A stretch of DNA of 63,498 nt, filler included, from Octopus bimaculoides (lineage: Eukaryota): the NCBI RefSeq assembly GCF_001194135.2. It is 7 parts of 7 records of this genome, joined end to end, with 100 filler letters (N's around TTAATTAATTAA, not from the genome) between each part and the next. Parts side by side here need not be neighbours in the genome. Positions count along the whole stretch, not along the records: positions 14,344 to 28,393 come from NC_068993.1; positions 28,494 to 34,608 come from NC_068999.1; 5 more parts are not named here. One strand, given 5' to 3'. This document shows, piece by piece, positions 20,286-32,977 of the stretch. The position numbers were made by a program, and so were the translations under genes. Below the pieces are notes generated by a model, which had not been told where the DNA came from, did not search any database, and saw only the letters and a program-made list of their open reading frames with translations. Position 1 is the first letter of the stretch, and the number at the start of each line of letters is the position of its first letter.

Positions 20286-23108
20286 GTAAGTGCGAACTGG
20301 CATTTAAAATTATATAAAAAAAAAAAAAAAAAAAAAANNNNNNNNNNNNNNNNNNNNNNNNNNNNNNNNNNNNNNNNNNNNNNNNNNNNNNNNNNNNNNN
20401 NNNNNNNNNNNNNNNNNNNNNNNNNNNNNNNNNNNNNNNNNNNNNNNNNNNNNNNNNNNNNNNNNNNNNNNNNNNNNNNNNNNNNNNNNNNNNNNNNNNN
20501 NNNNNNNNNNNNNNNNNNNNNNNNNNNNNNNNNNNNNNNNNNNNNNNNNNNNNNNNNNNNNNNNNNNNNNNNNNNNNNNNNNNNNNNNNNNNNNNNNNNN
20601 NNNNNNNNNNNNNNNNNNNNNNNNNNNNNNNNNNNNNNNNNNNNNNNNNNNNNNNNNNNNNNNNNNNNNNNNNNNNNNNNNNNNNNNNNNNNNNNNNNNN
20701 NNNNNNNNNNNNNNNNNNNNNNNNNNNNNNNNNNNNNNNNNNNNNNNNNNNNNNNNNNNNNNNNNNNNNNNNNNNNNNNNNNNNNNNNNNNNNNNNNNNN
20801 NNNNNNNNNNNNNNNNNNNNNNNNNNNNNNNNNNNNNNNNNNNNNNNNNNNNNNNNNNNNNNNNNNNNNNNNNNNNNNNNNNNNNNNNNNNNNNNNNNNN
20901 NNNNNNNNNNNNNNNNNNNNNNNNNNNNNNCACACACACACAGACACACACACATATTCAACGCTGTTTATTCTTTATTTTATTTTTTTAAAACAATGAC
21001 AAGTGCTTGCAGTTAGAAGTACCTGATGGTAAATTATATAGACGTGATAAAGAAAATGTTTATCTATACAATATAATTATATAATTGAAGGCTAACTGTC
21101 TTAACACCAACAGCCTTGTTCTCGTCTCGGGTTGATACTTAAGTGATATATATGTGTGTATATATGTATATATATATATATATATATATCAGGGGGACAC
21201 AACAGAGGTATATATAAAGTTTGTTGCTACACCATGTCTAAAACACGCTACATTATACTGAATACAGTATAAATAGTTTGTTAATGAAATCATGCACAGA
21301 AGGCTACTATGGTTTCAAACGCGCGTATACTTTATATATATATATATATATATACTTTATATATATATATATAAATAAGTAGGTGAGAGCGCGTGTGTGA
21401 AATTTCAACATGTATACATTTAAATATCGTTTAGCCCCTGGTCACACAACGAACAAGCAGACCTGTTATCAGAAGTGTCCCGCCAAGGGCTACCCCTTTT
21501 TTGTGTACACCTAGGGTTACATTGTTCAATATGTCTTTTCTCCCTTTTAAGACAATAGGGTACAACATAAGGGTGATAAAGCTGCTATTTCTAGCAGGTC
21601 TCGCAACCACGTAGCAGGTTTCCATACAGATATATGTGTCTTGTGTTCCCTGTACTCACACTACTTGCATACCACGATCTATATACCGCCTTTGTATGCA
21701 AGGATGTATATTTTATATGGAACAACATAATGTAGTAATAAGTTGTAAGGTTAAATTCCAGTTTATTTTTCTTCGCCTTTTTGTGCTGTTAAAAGATATT
21801 GTACAGGTTGTCTCAAATCCGATTGTTAGACCCCCAGAAAAAAAGAGGGGGGCGGGATGTAGTTGAATGCTAAAATGCACCCCTTCAAATAACACTCCTT
21901 ACCTCGTGCGCGTGCTTTTATATCGAACTATCTATCTATCTATCTCTCTATCTGTGTCTGTCAATACTTTTTCACATGTGTGCTTGTATTAAATGTTGTA
22001 CGGGTGTATATATGTATATACCGTTGTAAATACATTTTTGATATGAATCTATACATAAATAGGTGTAGTCTAGGATATTTGTATATTTATATATACATAC
22101 AGATACATCTATGATATAATATATATATATATACATAAATAGATATAATATCTAGATATAGTTTACGCGCGCGTATGTATATGTGTGCCTACTTAAGTAT
22201 AGGATATCATATAGCCACAGATATCACAATGTAGTTATAGTTTACGTGTGCTATATATGTTTATAGATACACGTATGATGTGTGTGTGTATATAGATGAA
22301 GGATATGTTTAGAAGATGTGTATATATACAGAGATACCTCTAGGTATATGTATATACATAGATACATCAAACATAAATATAGGGTGTGTGTCTGATATTA
22401 TTGTCTTGCGTGTTATAGACGTACAGATATATATACCCCTATGTGTGTTTATGGATTGATATATGTATAGGTTATACATACACACATAGATACATCTAAG
22501 ATATATGTATATAGATAAAGGTACGTCTAGGGTATACAGATATGCATAGATAGATATCTGTTATATTTAATTCAAGTTATAGCATTTGTATCTGTATGTA
22601 GCATGTTTATCACACAGTCATATCTGTAAGAAATCTCATTACTTTGCATACATTTAATATGAGGCATATATATATATCTGCACATAATCTACTAGGTAAC
22701 AAACAAATATATATATATATATACATATATATGCGTAAGAAAACTCCTTTGCTTATTTCCCATATCTATATATTTATTTATATATATATACACACGCACA
22801 CACACACACCAAAAGATACATAGTCCAACACATTTAATATACAAGTAGCATATATTTATACACAACCCACATAGTAACACATAGGTATACATATAGATAC
22901 ATAGATCTATGTGAACAGTTACAGCCACTAGTCTCGTTCTGTGTTTAATGGTGTCAAGCCTTGGTCTGTTCCCTCTATAAAAATCGTCCAGGTCATCAGG
23001 TCAGCTAACTGTGTATGGTGCTTGCTTATGAAGGAAGCAGCCACTCGCTCTTCTACTAGTTTTTCAAACTGCTGTCATGCTATACAGAACAACACGTCTA
23101 TCACATAC

Positions 23109-23144
<36 letters not shown>

Positions 23145-23329
23145 TTACACATACTTATTTATATATAAATATATACACACAGAAACAGACATTGCAAAAG
23201 CAGAACTTTTGTGAAACTTCTTAAGTGTTTTTAAGACAATAACTTTTAGACGTATCCACAAACAGATGGGGTATTTGAATATTTTTGTACAGGATAATAT
23301 ACATACGTACAATTATTTGTGTGTGTGTG

Positions 23330-23378
<49 letters not shown>

Positions 23379-24117
23379 CACATCTGTATGCGTATATATA
23401 TATTTTCTATGTCTGTATGTGTATATATATACGTATATGTATGTATATACGTCTGTATGTGTGTATATACGTCTGTATGTGTCTATATATATATTTATCA
23501 TACATGTGTGTGTGTATATATATTATATATTTAGTCATTATACAGGTTTGTGTATATGTATATATATATATACATACACATATATATATATATATATACA
23601 TCTATATATATATAGTATATATATGTGTGTGTATACACACATCTGTATTTATATGTACATATATGCAAATATATACATATGCTTGTATATATGAACATGT
23701 TTACGCGTATGTGTATATAATGTATATGTATCAATAGATATATACATATGCATGTACATATATACATATGAATATACACGTGTATGTGTGTATATATAAA
23801 CATGTGTATTTATGTATACGAATATGTAAATACGGATATGAGTGTGCATATATATATATATATANNNNNNNNNNNNNNNNNNNNNNNNNNNNNNNNNNNN
23901 NNNNNNNNNNNNNNNNNNNNNNNNNNNNNNNNNNNNNNNNNNNNNNNNNNNNNNNNNNNNNNNNTATATATATATATACATATTATACATGCACACACAC
24001 ACACATGTATGCTTACATATACACACACAGACCTGCATGCATGTATAAACATACTGTTTATGGGGGGTGTAATATTACATATGTGTATATATATATGTAC
24101 ATATACACGTATGTGTG

Positions 24118-24149
<32 letters not shown>

Positions 24150-25214
24150 TTACGCAGACAATATCGACAATATAATACGTGCTATGTATGTGTATATACA
24201 GCAATTTTAAATTACTCCGGTATTTATATATTACTTTCAAAATTATTTTGCCATATTCGAGAGGATTATGATTAGTATTATTAATTAGGTTTGTAATATC
24301 TGTCTAATATTTATTTGCGTATTTATTATGCTTGGAGTAAAGACGACGTATTAAGGGTCAAAGCTACATTTCTGGGACAAAACCATGATTACTTACTTGG
24401 CCAATCAAGAATGTTCTCATAATTGTTTCCCAGCTGAGCAAAACGGTTATTGGTACATCAATTCATGATCTCAGTGTACAATGACACAGCTCGGCTTGGA
24501 CCTGACTCCTCAGATCAGCAATAACAACATCGTATTAAGTATGTGTAATATATGCACTAAGCCGATCTTCCACCCAGTGGGGTGGGTACGGTTACTGAAG
24601 TCGACGTTCCAATGCTCTGCTGGTGCTTATTTTGTTGACCACGCAATGATAAAAGATAAGGTTGACCTCAACCTAATTTGGGAATAATAACCGCAAACTA
24701 TTTTAAGAGTAGGTATACTCAACACATAAATTCCTTTAGATACCGGCCTGTCGCGGGATTATCTACCCCAGCTGCCGTTGATACTAATTTTTCGGTCAAC
24801 AGCGACTTGTACATCATGAAATCAAGTATCTTGCTCAAGGACGCAAAATCACTCGGTGCCGTCCAGTCGGGTCTGCGAATCGAAACTATGATTAAACAAT
24901 CGAGAGGGTTCCACAACACACAACCTCTCTACCCCCGGAGAACGAAACCATCTAACCGCACGGCCATGTTGCTTCATATTTTCAAAAACAAAATGATGCT
25001 GCTGTATAATTTACTACTAAATAGGTAACACTTTGTATTTCAAGACGGCGTGGTAGTCACGGTTAGAACGTTAGTGATCAAAAGTGAATTCAGTCGGAGA
25101 TGACACGAGTTTAATCAACAAGTTTACAACAAATAAAATAAAATACATAATATAAAAACAAAAATAAATGAATGAATCTCATTTTACACACACACACATT
25201 GTGTAAGTCTTGCA

Positions 25215-25980
25215 TCCTAACCCCGTGGTACTGTCTCACTGAGGGACCTTGGGCAAGTATCTTCTACTATAGCTTTAGGCTGATCAAAGCTTTGTGAGTA
25301 CATTTGGTAGGCAGAAACTGTGTGGAAACCCGTCTGGTACATATGTACACACACATACACACACGTATGAATGTGTGTGTGTATACTTGAGTTGAGTTTG
25401 TCTCCCGCCACCGCTTGACAACAGGTGATTTGTTTACGTACTCCTGTAACTTAACGGTTCGGCAAAAAGACCGATAGAATAAGTAGCCGACTTCAAATAA
25501 AACGTAACTACACCTGGGGGTGATTTGTCAGCCCGAAAACCTTTCTGGATGGGTGCTCCTGCATGGCCGCAGTTTAATTACTGAAAACGAAAACACGCAA
25601 ATCCCTAAGAAGCTTGCTTCCCAACCACACGGCTCCGGGTTCAGTCTCACTTCGTGGCACCTTGGGCCGACCAAAGCCTTGCGAGTGGATTTGGGAGACG
25701 GAAACTGAAAGAGGCCCGTCATGTGTGTGTGTGTGGTTGTGTATATATATATATATATATATGTGTGTGTCTTTGTCGCCTCGCCATCACTTGAGAACCG
25801 ATGCTGGTGTGTTTACGTCCCCGTAACTTAGCAGTTCGGCAAAATAGCCTGACAAAAAATAAGTACTAGGTTTACAAAGAATAATTCCTGGCGTCAATTT
25901 CTTCGACTAAAAAAAGAAAAAATCTCTTCAAGGCGGTGCTCCAGCATGGCCGCAGTCAACTGACTGAAACAGATAAAAGG
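25215..25980. mobile_element. Cluster of SINE family B copies (approx. 25215-25500 +, 25520-25590 -, 25610-25980 +)
   Basis: Recurrent ccttgggcaagt, gaataagtactagg and ggtgctccagcatggccgcagt motifs. Confidence 0.8.
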
Positions 25981-26011
<31 letters not shown>

Positions 26012-26088
26012 AAACCAACGCGGCTGTAACCCCCGCCACTGTCACATATTCATCTCTTCCCGATCCTCTCTCTCTCACGTCTTTATAG

Positions 26089-26118
26089 GAGGAGGAGGAG
26101 GAGGTAGGTGGTGGCAGT
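26089..26118 (+). CDS. Candidate frame-preserving mastermind micro-exon (EEEEEVGGGS)
   Basis: AG-free pyrimidine tract 26045-26086, TAG acceptor 26086-26088, 30 nt, GTAAGT donor at 26119. Alternative donor GAG|GTAGGT at 26104 gives 15 nt. Confidence 0.35.
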
Positions 26119-27394
26119 GTAAGTGGATCTTGATATCATCAGCTTCCTCCTTCTAAGCAGAATTTCTCTGCTATTTTCACGGATGATGATCTGCCGTGTG
26201 AATAAATAATGCCACTGCTTAGTATAAATCTCAGTCTCACACACACACACACACACACACACGCACATCTATATACTGATGTATAGTTTTATATACTTGT
26301 TATTTAACACCCGTTTCGTGTGTGTGTGTGTCTTTTATATGTTGTACACGTGTTCTGTATGTGGGCGTGTATTTATGTGTGTGTGTGCGTGTTATACATG
26401 TGTATGTCTGAATGGGCGTTTATAGATTTATATGGAAACCTCTCTCTCTCTCTCTCTCTCTCTCAGCCTTTCTCTCTCTCTCTCTCAGCCTTTCTCTCTC
26501 TTACTCTCTCTCTTCCATCCTCTCGCTCCGCTTTTCCATGCTTGCATGTGTTGGGTATGTATATATGTGCATATCTGTAAGTGCATATATGTATGTATAT
26601 TTTTGCGTATGTGTACGCATATACAATGTATATGGGTGTGTATGCATACATACATGAATATACATATGTGTATGTATACATGTCTATCTATCTATATATA
26701 TATATATAATGTATTTTCTTGTTTAATTATTAAAAAGAAAACGAAAAAAAATAACAAATAAACAAACCGCCGTGTGGCCACAGCCAGCAACGAAACTAGA
26801 AAAAAAATAACAGAACAAAAGAATAACAGAACAAAAGAATAACAGAATAAATGTATGTATAAAAAAAAAAGAATCGTTAGGTTAGCAACCTTGACCTCGT
26901 TTTATTACTTCTTCATGTCTCTTGCATAAAAAATCCCAACAAAACAGCATTAGGGTATACGGGGATACACGGGTACACTGGTGGGGTACATAGCACCCGA
27001 ATGTGGGGTGTTTGTTATTTAGGTTGTCAAATGGTGTGGGGTAGACAAAAACCACAGACGCACGTATATACATACATACATACATTTATACATACACACA
27101 TATATTCTTTTACTTGTTTTAGTCATTTGACTGCTGCCATGCTGGAGTACCGCCTTAAAGGGGTTTTTTTTAGTTGAACAAATCGACTCCAGGAATTATT
27201 CTTTGTAAGCCTAGTACTTATTCTATCGGGCTTCTTTCAGTTTCCATCTACCAAATCCACTCACAAGGCTTTGGTCAACCTGAGGCTATAGTAGAAGACA
27301 CTTTCCTAAGTTGCATATATATATATATATATATAGTTCAAAAACACAATAACAAAAAAACGAAAAAACAACAAAGTGAGGACGTGATATGGAT

Positions 27395-27530
27395 AGTATT
27401 ATTGGACGCTCAGGAAAGGAAAGAGAGAGTGTATGACGTTTCGGGCGTAGCCCTTCGTCGGAAAGATGGAAAGTTCGGAGAATGGAAGAACGGAGAAAGA
27501 GGAAAATGGTACCGATGCCCACGAGGTTAC
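27395..27530 (-). mobile_element. PLE-type terminal fragment with hammerhead-like motif, inserted within SINE B pieces
   Basis: Minus strand CCGACGA-AGGGC-TAC-GCCC-GAAAC-GTC (27461-27435). Confidence 0.5.
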
Positions 27531-28393
27531 AATATATATATATATATATATGATGAGCTTCCATACAGTTTCCATCTAGCAAATCCGCTCACCAAAGCAT
27601 TGATTGGCCCAGGGCTGTATTAAAAGACACTTGCTCAAGGTACTGTGCAGTGGGACTGAACTAGAAACCCAGTGTTTGCAAACCAAGCATCTTAACCACA
27701 CAGCCATGTGGTGTTACATGTTTTTCTCAAGTCAATTCTTAATTATGATGTGATTTGAGGTGACATTTAGCTGCTATGTTATCGGCATGCGTGTCTGTGG
27801 AGCACTCAACCACTTGAATGTTATTTTCCATGAGCAGCTGTTCCACTGAGAAGATCAACTGGAACCCATGTCAGTGTAACCAATGGACTGTCATTTTTTT
27901 CGTTTTTGCTCAGCTGCTATTTCTAGCAGGCCATGATGAATCGGGTTGGGGGTAGGGCCTATGTGAAAGAAATATGCGGGCTGTATCATATTCAGGGCCC
28001 AAGAATTTCTTGAACCCTCTGGAAATGTTGGTGTATATTTAAGACTATAGTCACATGAGAAAAGGGGCTACTCCCTTGTGAAATACATCTTACACCCCCA
28101 CTTCCAAACAAATTAAATTCTTTTCAGATGTGTAGGGGGTTATTCTTAGGGTAGTTTTGGGAGAGGGCATATGAGGTTTGGGGAGGTGCTGGTGGTGCAG
28201 TTACAAATACCTCTAGATGTTTATTATTATTTTTTTTTTCAAATTCCTTAAAAGCCTAAGAGGCCAAACCACATTAAAGGAAAGGGTCTTCATAGATATA
28301 AAGGGATAAGGGGAATTGAACCACCTGGTTTTTGGACAACACATCACACTCATGCATATGTGTAGGTATGTGTGTGTTTGTGTGTGTACAGGT

Positions 28394-28493
28394 NNNNNNN
28401 NNNNNNNNNNNNNNNNNNNNNNNNNNNNNNNNNNNNNTTAATTAATTAANNNNNNNNNNNNNNNNNNNNNNNNNNNNNNNNNNNNNNNNNNNN
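28394..28493. other. Artificial scaffold-join spacer
   Basis: 44N-TTAATTAATTAA-44N. Confidence 0.97.
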
Positions 28494-29534
28494 ATTGCAA
28501 GCCTTCATTCCTCCAAATTTATTTCATTTCCAATTACAGTAGGCAACTTGATGTGCGATTCGGCGTTATTCCACCACCTGCAAACACTGGTGCTGACACT
28601 TTTGACAGGGATGTGATGCTCAGTCTGCAAAACATGCTTCATCAGCACAACAACTATATTCGCAGCTTCAAATATGCCTTGCAAACAGCCCCTTCACCAA
28701 AATTCACCATTGTCATCGATGCTGACTAAAGACCTTTTGGGGAGCACGCACGCCGTTATAACGCTCCTTTGTGCAATGAAGTCGCTGTACTTCTCCATGG
28801 TGAACAGCACAATAAGCGAGACATAGTTATTCATAGCCGTGACAGTGGTCTCCAACGTATTACTGAGACACATTGTTCATACGATGCCCTGCAGTATCCC
28901 ATTCTTGTTCCATACAGAGAAGACGGATACCATTTCGGCATTCCTCAGCGCAAACCAAACGAGCCCACTGCTGCGACATCCAGAACTGTTTCATGTATGG
29001 ATTTTTACTCGTACCGCTTCATGACGAGGCCTAATGATTTTAGCACCCTGCACAGGTCACGGGAACTGTTTCACCAGTTTGCAGTTGACATGGCTGCAAA
29101 GATGGAGTCGGAGAGACTGTGCTTCATTAGATTGAATCAGAAGAAGCTGCGATCAGACTCCTACATCCATTTGCGTGACGGCATCAGTAATGACGCTGAC
29201 CCAAAGAACATCGGCAAAATGTGCATTCTCCCATCAACCTATACAGGGGGGCCACAGTACATGCACGAGCGAACACACGACGCTATGACTTTCGTTCGGC
29301 ACTATGGACGCTCCGATTTATTCATCACGTTTACATGTAACCCGAAGTGGGTTGAGGTAACGCGGGAACTTCTCCCACACCAGCAGTACTGCCATCGGCA
29401 TGATCTTATTGACAGGGTTTTCAAGCAGAAGCTGACTAGGCTAATTGATTTAATCAAAAAAGGGCAGGTTTTTGGCCCTGTTAAGTGCCACATGTATACT
29501 GTTGAGTGGCAGAAGAGAGGGTTGCCACACGCAC
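28494..29534 (+). mobile_element. Helitron Rep region (helitron_like_N domain and HUH motif)
   Basis: RRYNAPLCNEVAVL, SYDALQYP, LFHQFAVDMAAKMESERL, ILPSTYTGGPQYM, DLFITFTCNPKW, YTVEWQKRGLPHAH. Open from about 28730 to the gap. Confidence 0.96.
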
Positions 29535-30337
29535 NNNNNNNNNNNNNNNNNNNNNNNNNNNNNNNNNNNNNNNNNNNNNNNNNNNNNNNNNNNNNNNNNN
29601 NNNNNNNNNNNNNNNNNNNNNNNNNNNNNNNNNNNNNNNNNNNNNNNNNNNNNNNNNNNNNNNNNNNNNNNNNNNNNNNNNNNNNNNNNNNNNNNNNNNN
29701 NNNNNNNNNNNNNNNNNNNNNNNNNNNNNNNNNNNNNNNNNNNNNNNNNNNNNNNNNNNNNNNNNNNNNNNNNNNNNNNNNNNNNNNNNNNNNNNNNNNN
29801 NNNNNNNNNNNNNNNNNNNNNNNNNNNNNNNNNNNNNNNNNNNNNNNNNNNNNNNNNNNNNNNNNNNNNNNNNNNNNNNNNNNNNNNNNNNNNNNNNNNN
29901 NNNNNNNNNNNNNNNNNNNNNNNNNNNNNNNNNNNNNNNNNNNNNNNNNNNNNNNNNNNNNNNNNNNNNNNNNNNNNNNNNNNNNNNNNNNNNNNNNNNN
30001 NNNNNNNNNNNNNNNNNNNNNNNNNNNNNNNNNNNNNNNNNNNNNNNNNNNNNNNNNNNNNNNNNNNNNGGAAAAGGAAGATGCCGTATTCACTTGCGAA
30101 CGTTTTACACATCCTTACATGACTACCTAAGACATTGTTACAATTGTGAGAACAATAAAACAGCCTTTTCAGGGCCACCTCACATTCTATTGTTACCCCC
30201 TTCTCAGAGTGTTGCAATGCTCTTGGCAGGGCTTTCTGTCCAGATGCAAATCGATTGGTTGGTCATCAACTTATGGCAATCTTTCCCTCAATAATCATAA
30301 TTGAGTAGAATCATTAACAGTACTTTAAAATAATTAA

Positions 30338-30367
30338 GCCCCGAGCAACGCTGGGCACTTCTGCTAA
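30338..30367 (+). mobile_element. Helitron 3' terminus (hairpin + CTRR|T)
   Basis: GCCC-cgagcaacgct-GGGC hairpin, then acttctg-CTAA ending at 30367, followed by T. Confidence 0.75.
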
Positions 30368-31378
30368 TATAATTATAATCTTATATTAATTTTTACCTCT
30401 ACGGTTTTAAAGTATGCTAGCTACTGATGTTATTATCTTATGATAATTATTTTATCCTTTATATATATATATATATGTGTGTGTGTGAATGTATTTATGT
30501 ATGTAGTAGACTACATATGTGGAAAATCGGTGTGTTTGTGGCGTTGTTAGCTAACTCCTCCTACATCGTTTTATTGATTTTGATAAAACTTGACACGTGA
30601 GTAGAACTCATGTCTGAAAACCTTGTGACATACTTAGATTGTTGAAAACATCGATAATACGGCCCCTGGAAGGGACGTTTATATCTACCTTATATATCTA
30701 ACTTCTTTTAGACACCCATGGGAAATAACTCATACCAACTTCACAATATTTTTTTTTAAACCCTCAAGGGAAATAACCCATTTCATTGTTCAAATTTCGA
30801 TTACTTTGAACCAACGATCAGCCGACCTAATTCTACATTTCACTACTCACAGTTTTGAACTGCTAAACATTATTATTGCACTTCCTTAATTTGAATCTCT
30901 TCGTTCATACATTTCTATACATACATACTTTTTTGAATGCCCATTACTCCGATAATTCTGCATTTTTACAGTTACACTTTCTCCATGACAGTAGATAATT
31001 TTTTGTTTTCCACAATGTATTTGTAGTGGCTTCATGCAGGCATAGCGTGAATTCGATCCTCGATTGCCGAATTTCACTTAACACTTCAACAGCGCTTTTC
31101 TCATGGTAAAACAATAGTTTTTCTATGAATGACAGCAGTTATACATTTCCCAGATGCCTCCACTAAGCANNNNNNNNNNTTTCTATGAATGACAGCAGTT
31201 ATACATTTCCCAGATGCCTCCACTAAGCAGAATAATGTCTTTGCCACTTGACCCTTCTAACCTCTTCTAGGCCACCAAGGGGCTGGAATTGAGATAACAA
31301 ACCTCCAACGAAATCATTTATTCTCAACAATATGTCTATGCTTCAGGCTGCTTTTCGTTAGTTATAAATAACAACCGA

Positions 31379-32842
31379 ATGAAATCCATGGGTGGCAGTG
31401 GAGTTGCTGCTTTTGGTCTGCCTCAACCAGATGTGTTACCTGAAACCCTTGACATCGAATATGTACAGGAGATCAATTATGACATCGAAGAAATGGCAGC
31501 ATTTGTGTCTGATAATGAACACAAATTGAACGAGGATCAAAAAACTGCCTTCGAATCCATTATTTCATCCACGCATAGCGAGATTCTCCAGGTGGAACTG
31601 GCAAAACATTCATTATCAATCTTATTTTGGTGAAGCTGTGACAAAATAAACAGATGGCCCTTACCATGGCATCAAGTGGAAACTCTGTTAAACGGTGAAC
31701 GAACAGCTCATTCGTGCTTCAAATTGCCTCTGGACCTTGCAAAAAAAAGACATAGCAACCTGCAATATCAGTTGTGGCACTACAAAAGCAAAAATTCTCA
31801 CTGAGTGCAAATTGATCATTTAGGATGAAGTGACAATGAGTCATAAGGGCGCTTTTGAGGCTCTTGACAGATTACTTCAAGACCTGAGGCATAACTCAAG
31901 GCTAATGGGCGGCCTAACAGTACTCCTTGCAGGAGACTTTCGACAAACTCTCCCAGACATTCCAAAGGGAATGAGAGCAGATGAGGTAAATGCGTGCATC
32001 AAATTTTCATACATTTGGAGCAAGGTTAGAAAGTTGAAACTCACAACAAACATGAGAGTGTAGTTAGGTGGTGATGCGCACATGGAGAACTTCTGCAGGC
32101 AATTAATGAATATTGGAAACGGTGCTGTAATTGTTGAGCAGGATGGGAAGATTAGTTTACCCTTTGGTAATTTGGTGTCAAATATACACGAACTATTGGC
32201 GAGAGTTTTCCCCAATCTGAACACACAATTCAAAGACCATTGTTGGCTGAGAAAACGTGCAATTTTGGTGCCAAAAAATGTTGCAGTAGACAATCACCCT
32301 CTGGAACAACTGCCTGGCGATCGTCAAGCATACAAGTCAATTAATAGTGTGCTCCACACCAATGACGCTGTTCATTACCCCGTTGAATTCCTCAATAGCC
32401 TTGCACCTTCAGGTCTATCACTGCATGAATTGCATCTAAAGGCTGGAGCCCCAGTTATGCTTTTAAGAAACCTCAATCCTCCAAAATTATGCAATGGCAC
32501 AAAACTTATCAAAAAATTGATGCAGACAGTGTTGGAGGCAACACTATTGACTAGGAAAGAAAGTGGTGAAGATGTTTTCATTCCAAAGATTCCTCTGATT
32601 CCTTCCGACACACAAATTGATTTCAAAAGGTTACAATTCCCACTGAGATTAAGCTTTGCAATGAGCAACAACTCTGTAGTCAGACATTGGAAGTAGTAGG
32701 CCTTAATCTTGCAGTACCTGCTTTTTCTCATGGACAGCTCTATGTCGGATGCTCTAGAGTTGGAAATCCGGAAAATTTATTCATCTATGCACCCAACGGC
32801 AAAACCAAAAACATTGTGTATCATGAAGCCCTGCAACACTGA
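31379..32842 (+). mobile_element. Helitron PIF1-type helicase pseudogene, C-terminal half
   Basis: DSPGGTGKTF, DEVTMSHKGAFEALDR, GDFRQTLP, LTTNMRV, PVMLLRNLNPPKLCNGT, RLQFPLRLSFAM, FSHGQLYVGCSRV, KTKNIVYHEALQH* (TGA 32840-32842). Frameshifts present. Confidence 0.96.
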
Positions 32843-32860
32843 AATTTTGGAACAAAGATG

Positions 32861-32977
32861 CCTCTCCCTACAACAACCTCTCTCGCCAGCCTCCAGCAAC
32901 CTCTCTCGCCAGCCTCCAGCAACCTCTCTCGCCAACCTCCAACAACCTCTCTCGCCAGCCTCCGGCAACCTCTCTCG
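32861..32977. repeat. 23-bp minisatellite CAACCTCTCTCGCCAGCCTCCAG, at least 4.5 units
   Basis: Units start at 32874, 32897, 32920, 32943 and 32966; the array runs into a 449-N gap. Confidence 0.92.

Noticed and set aside
23266-24275. Many overlapping YI/CV/HT-rich ORFs here and throughout the window, plus all X-filled ORFs
   Set aside because: Artefacts of (TA)n, (TG)n and (CA)n repeats and of N gaps.
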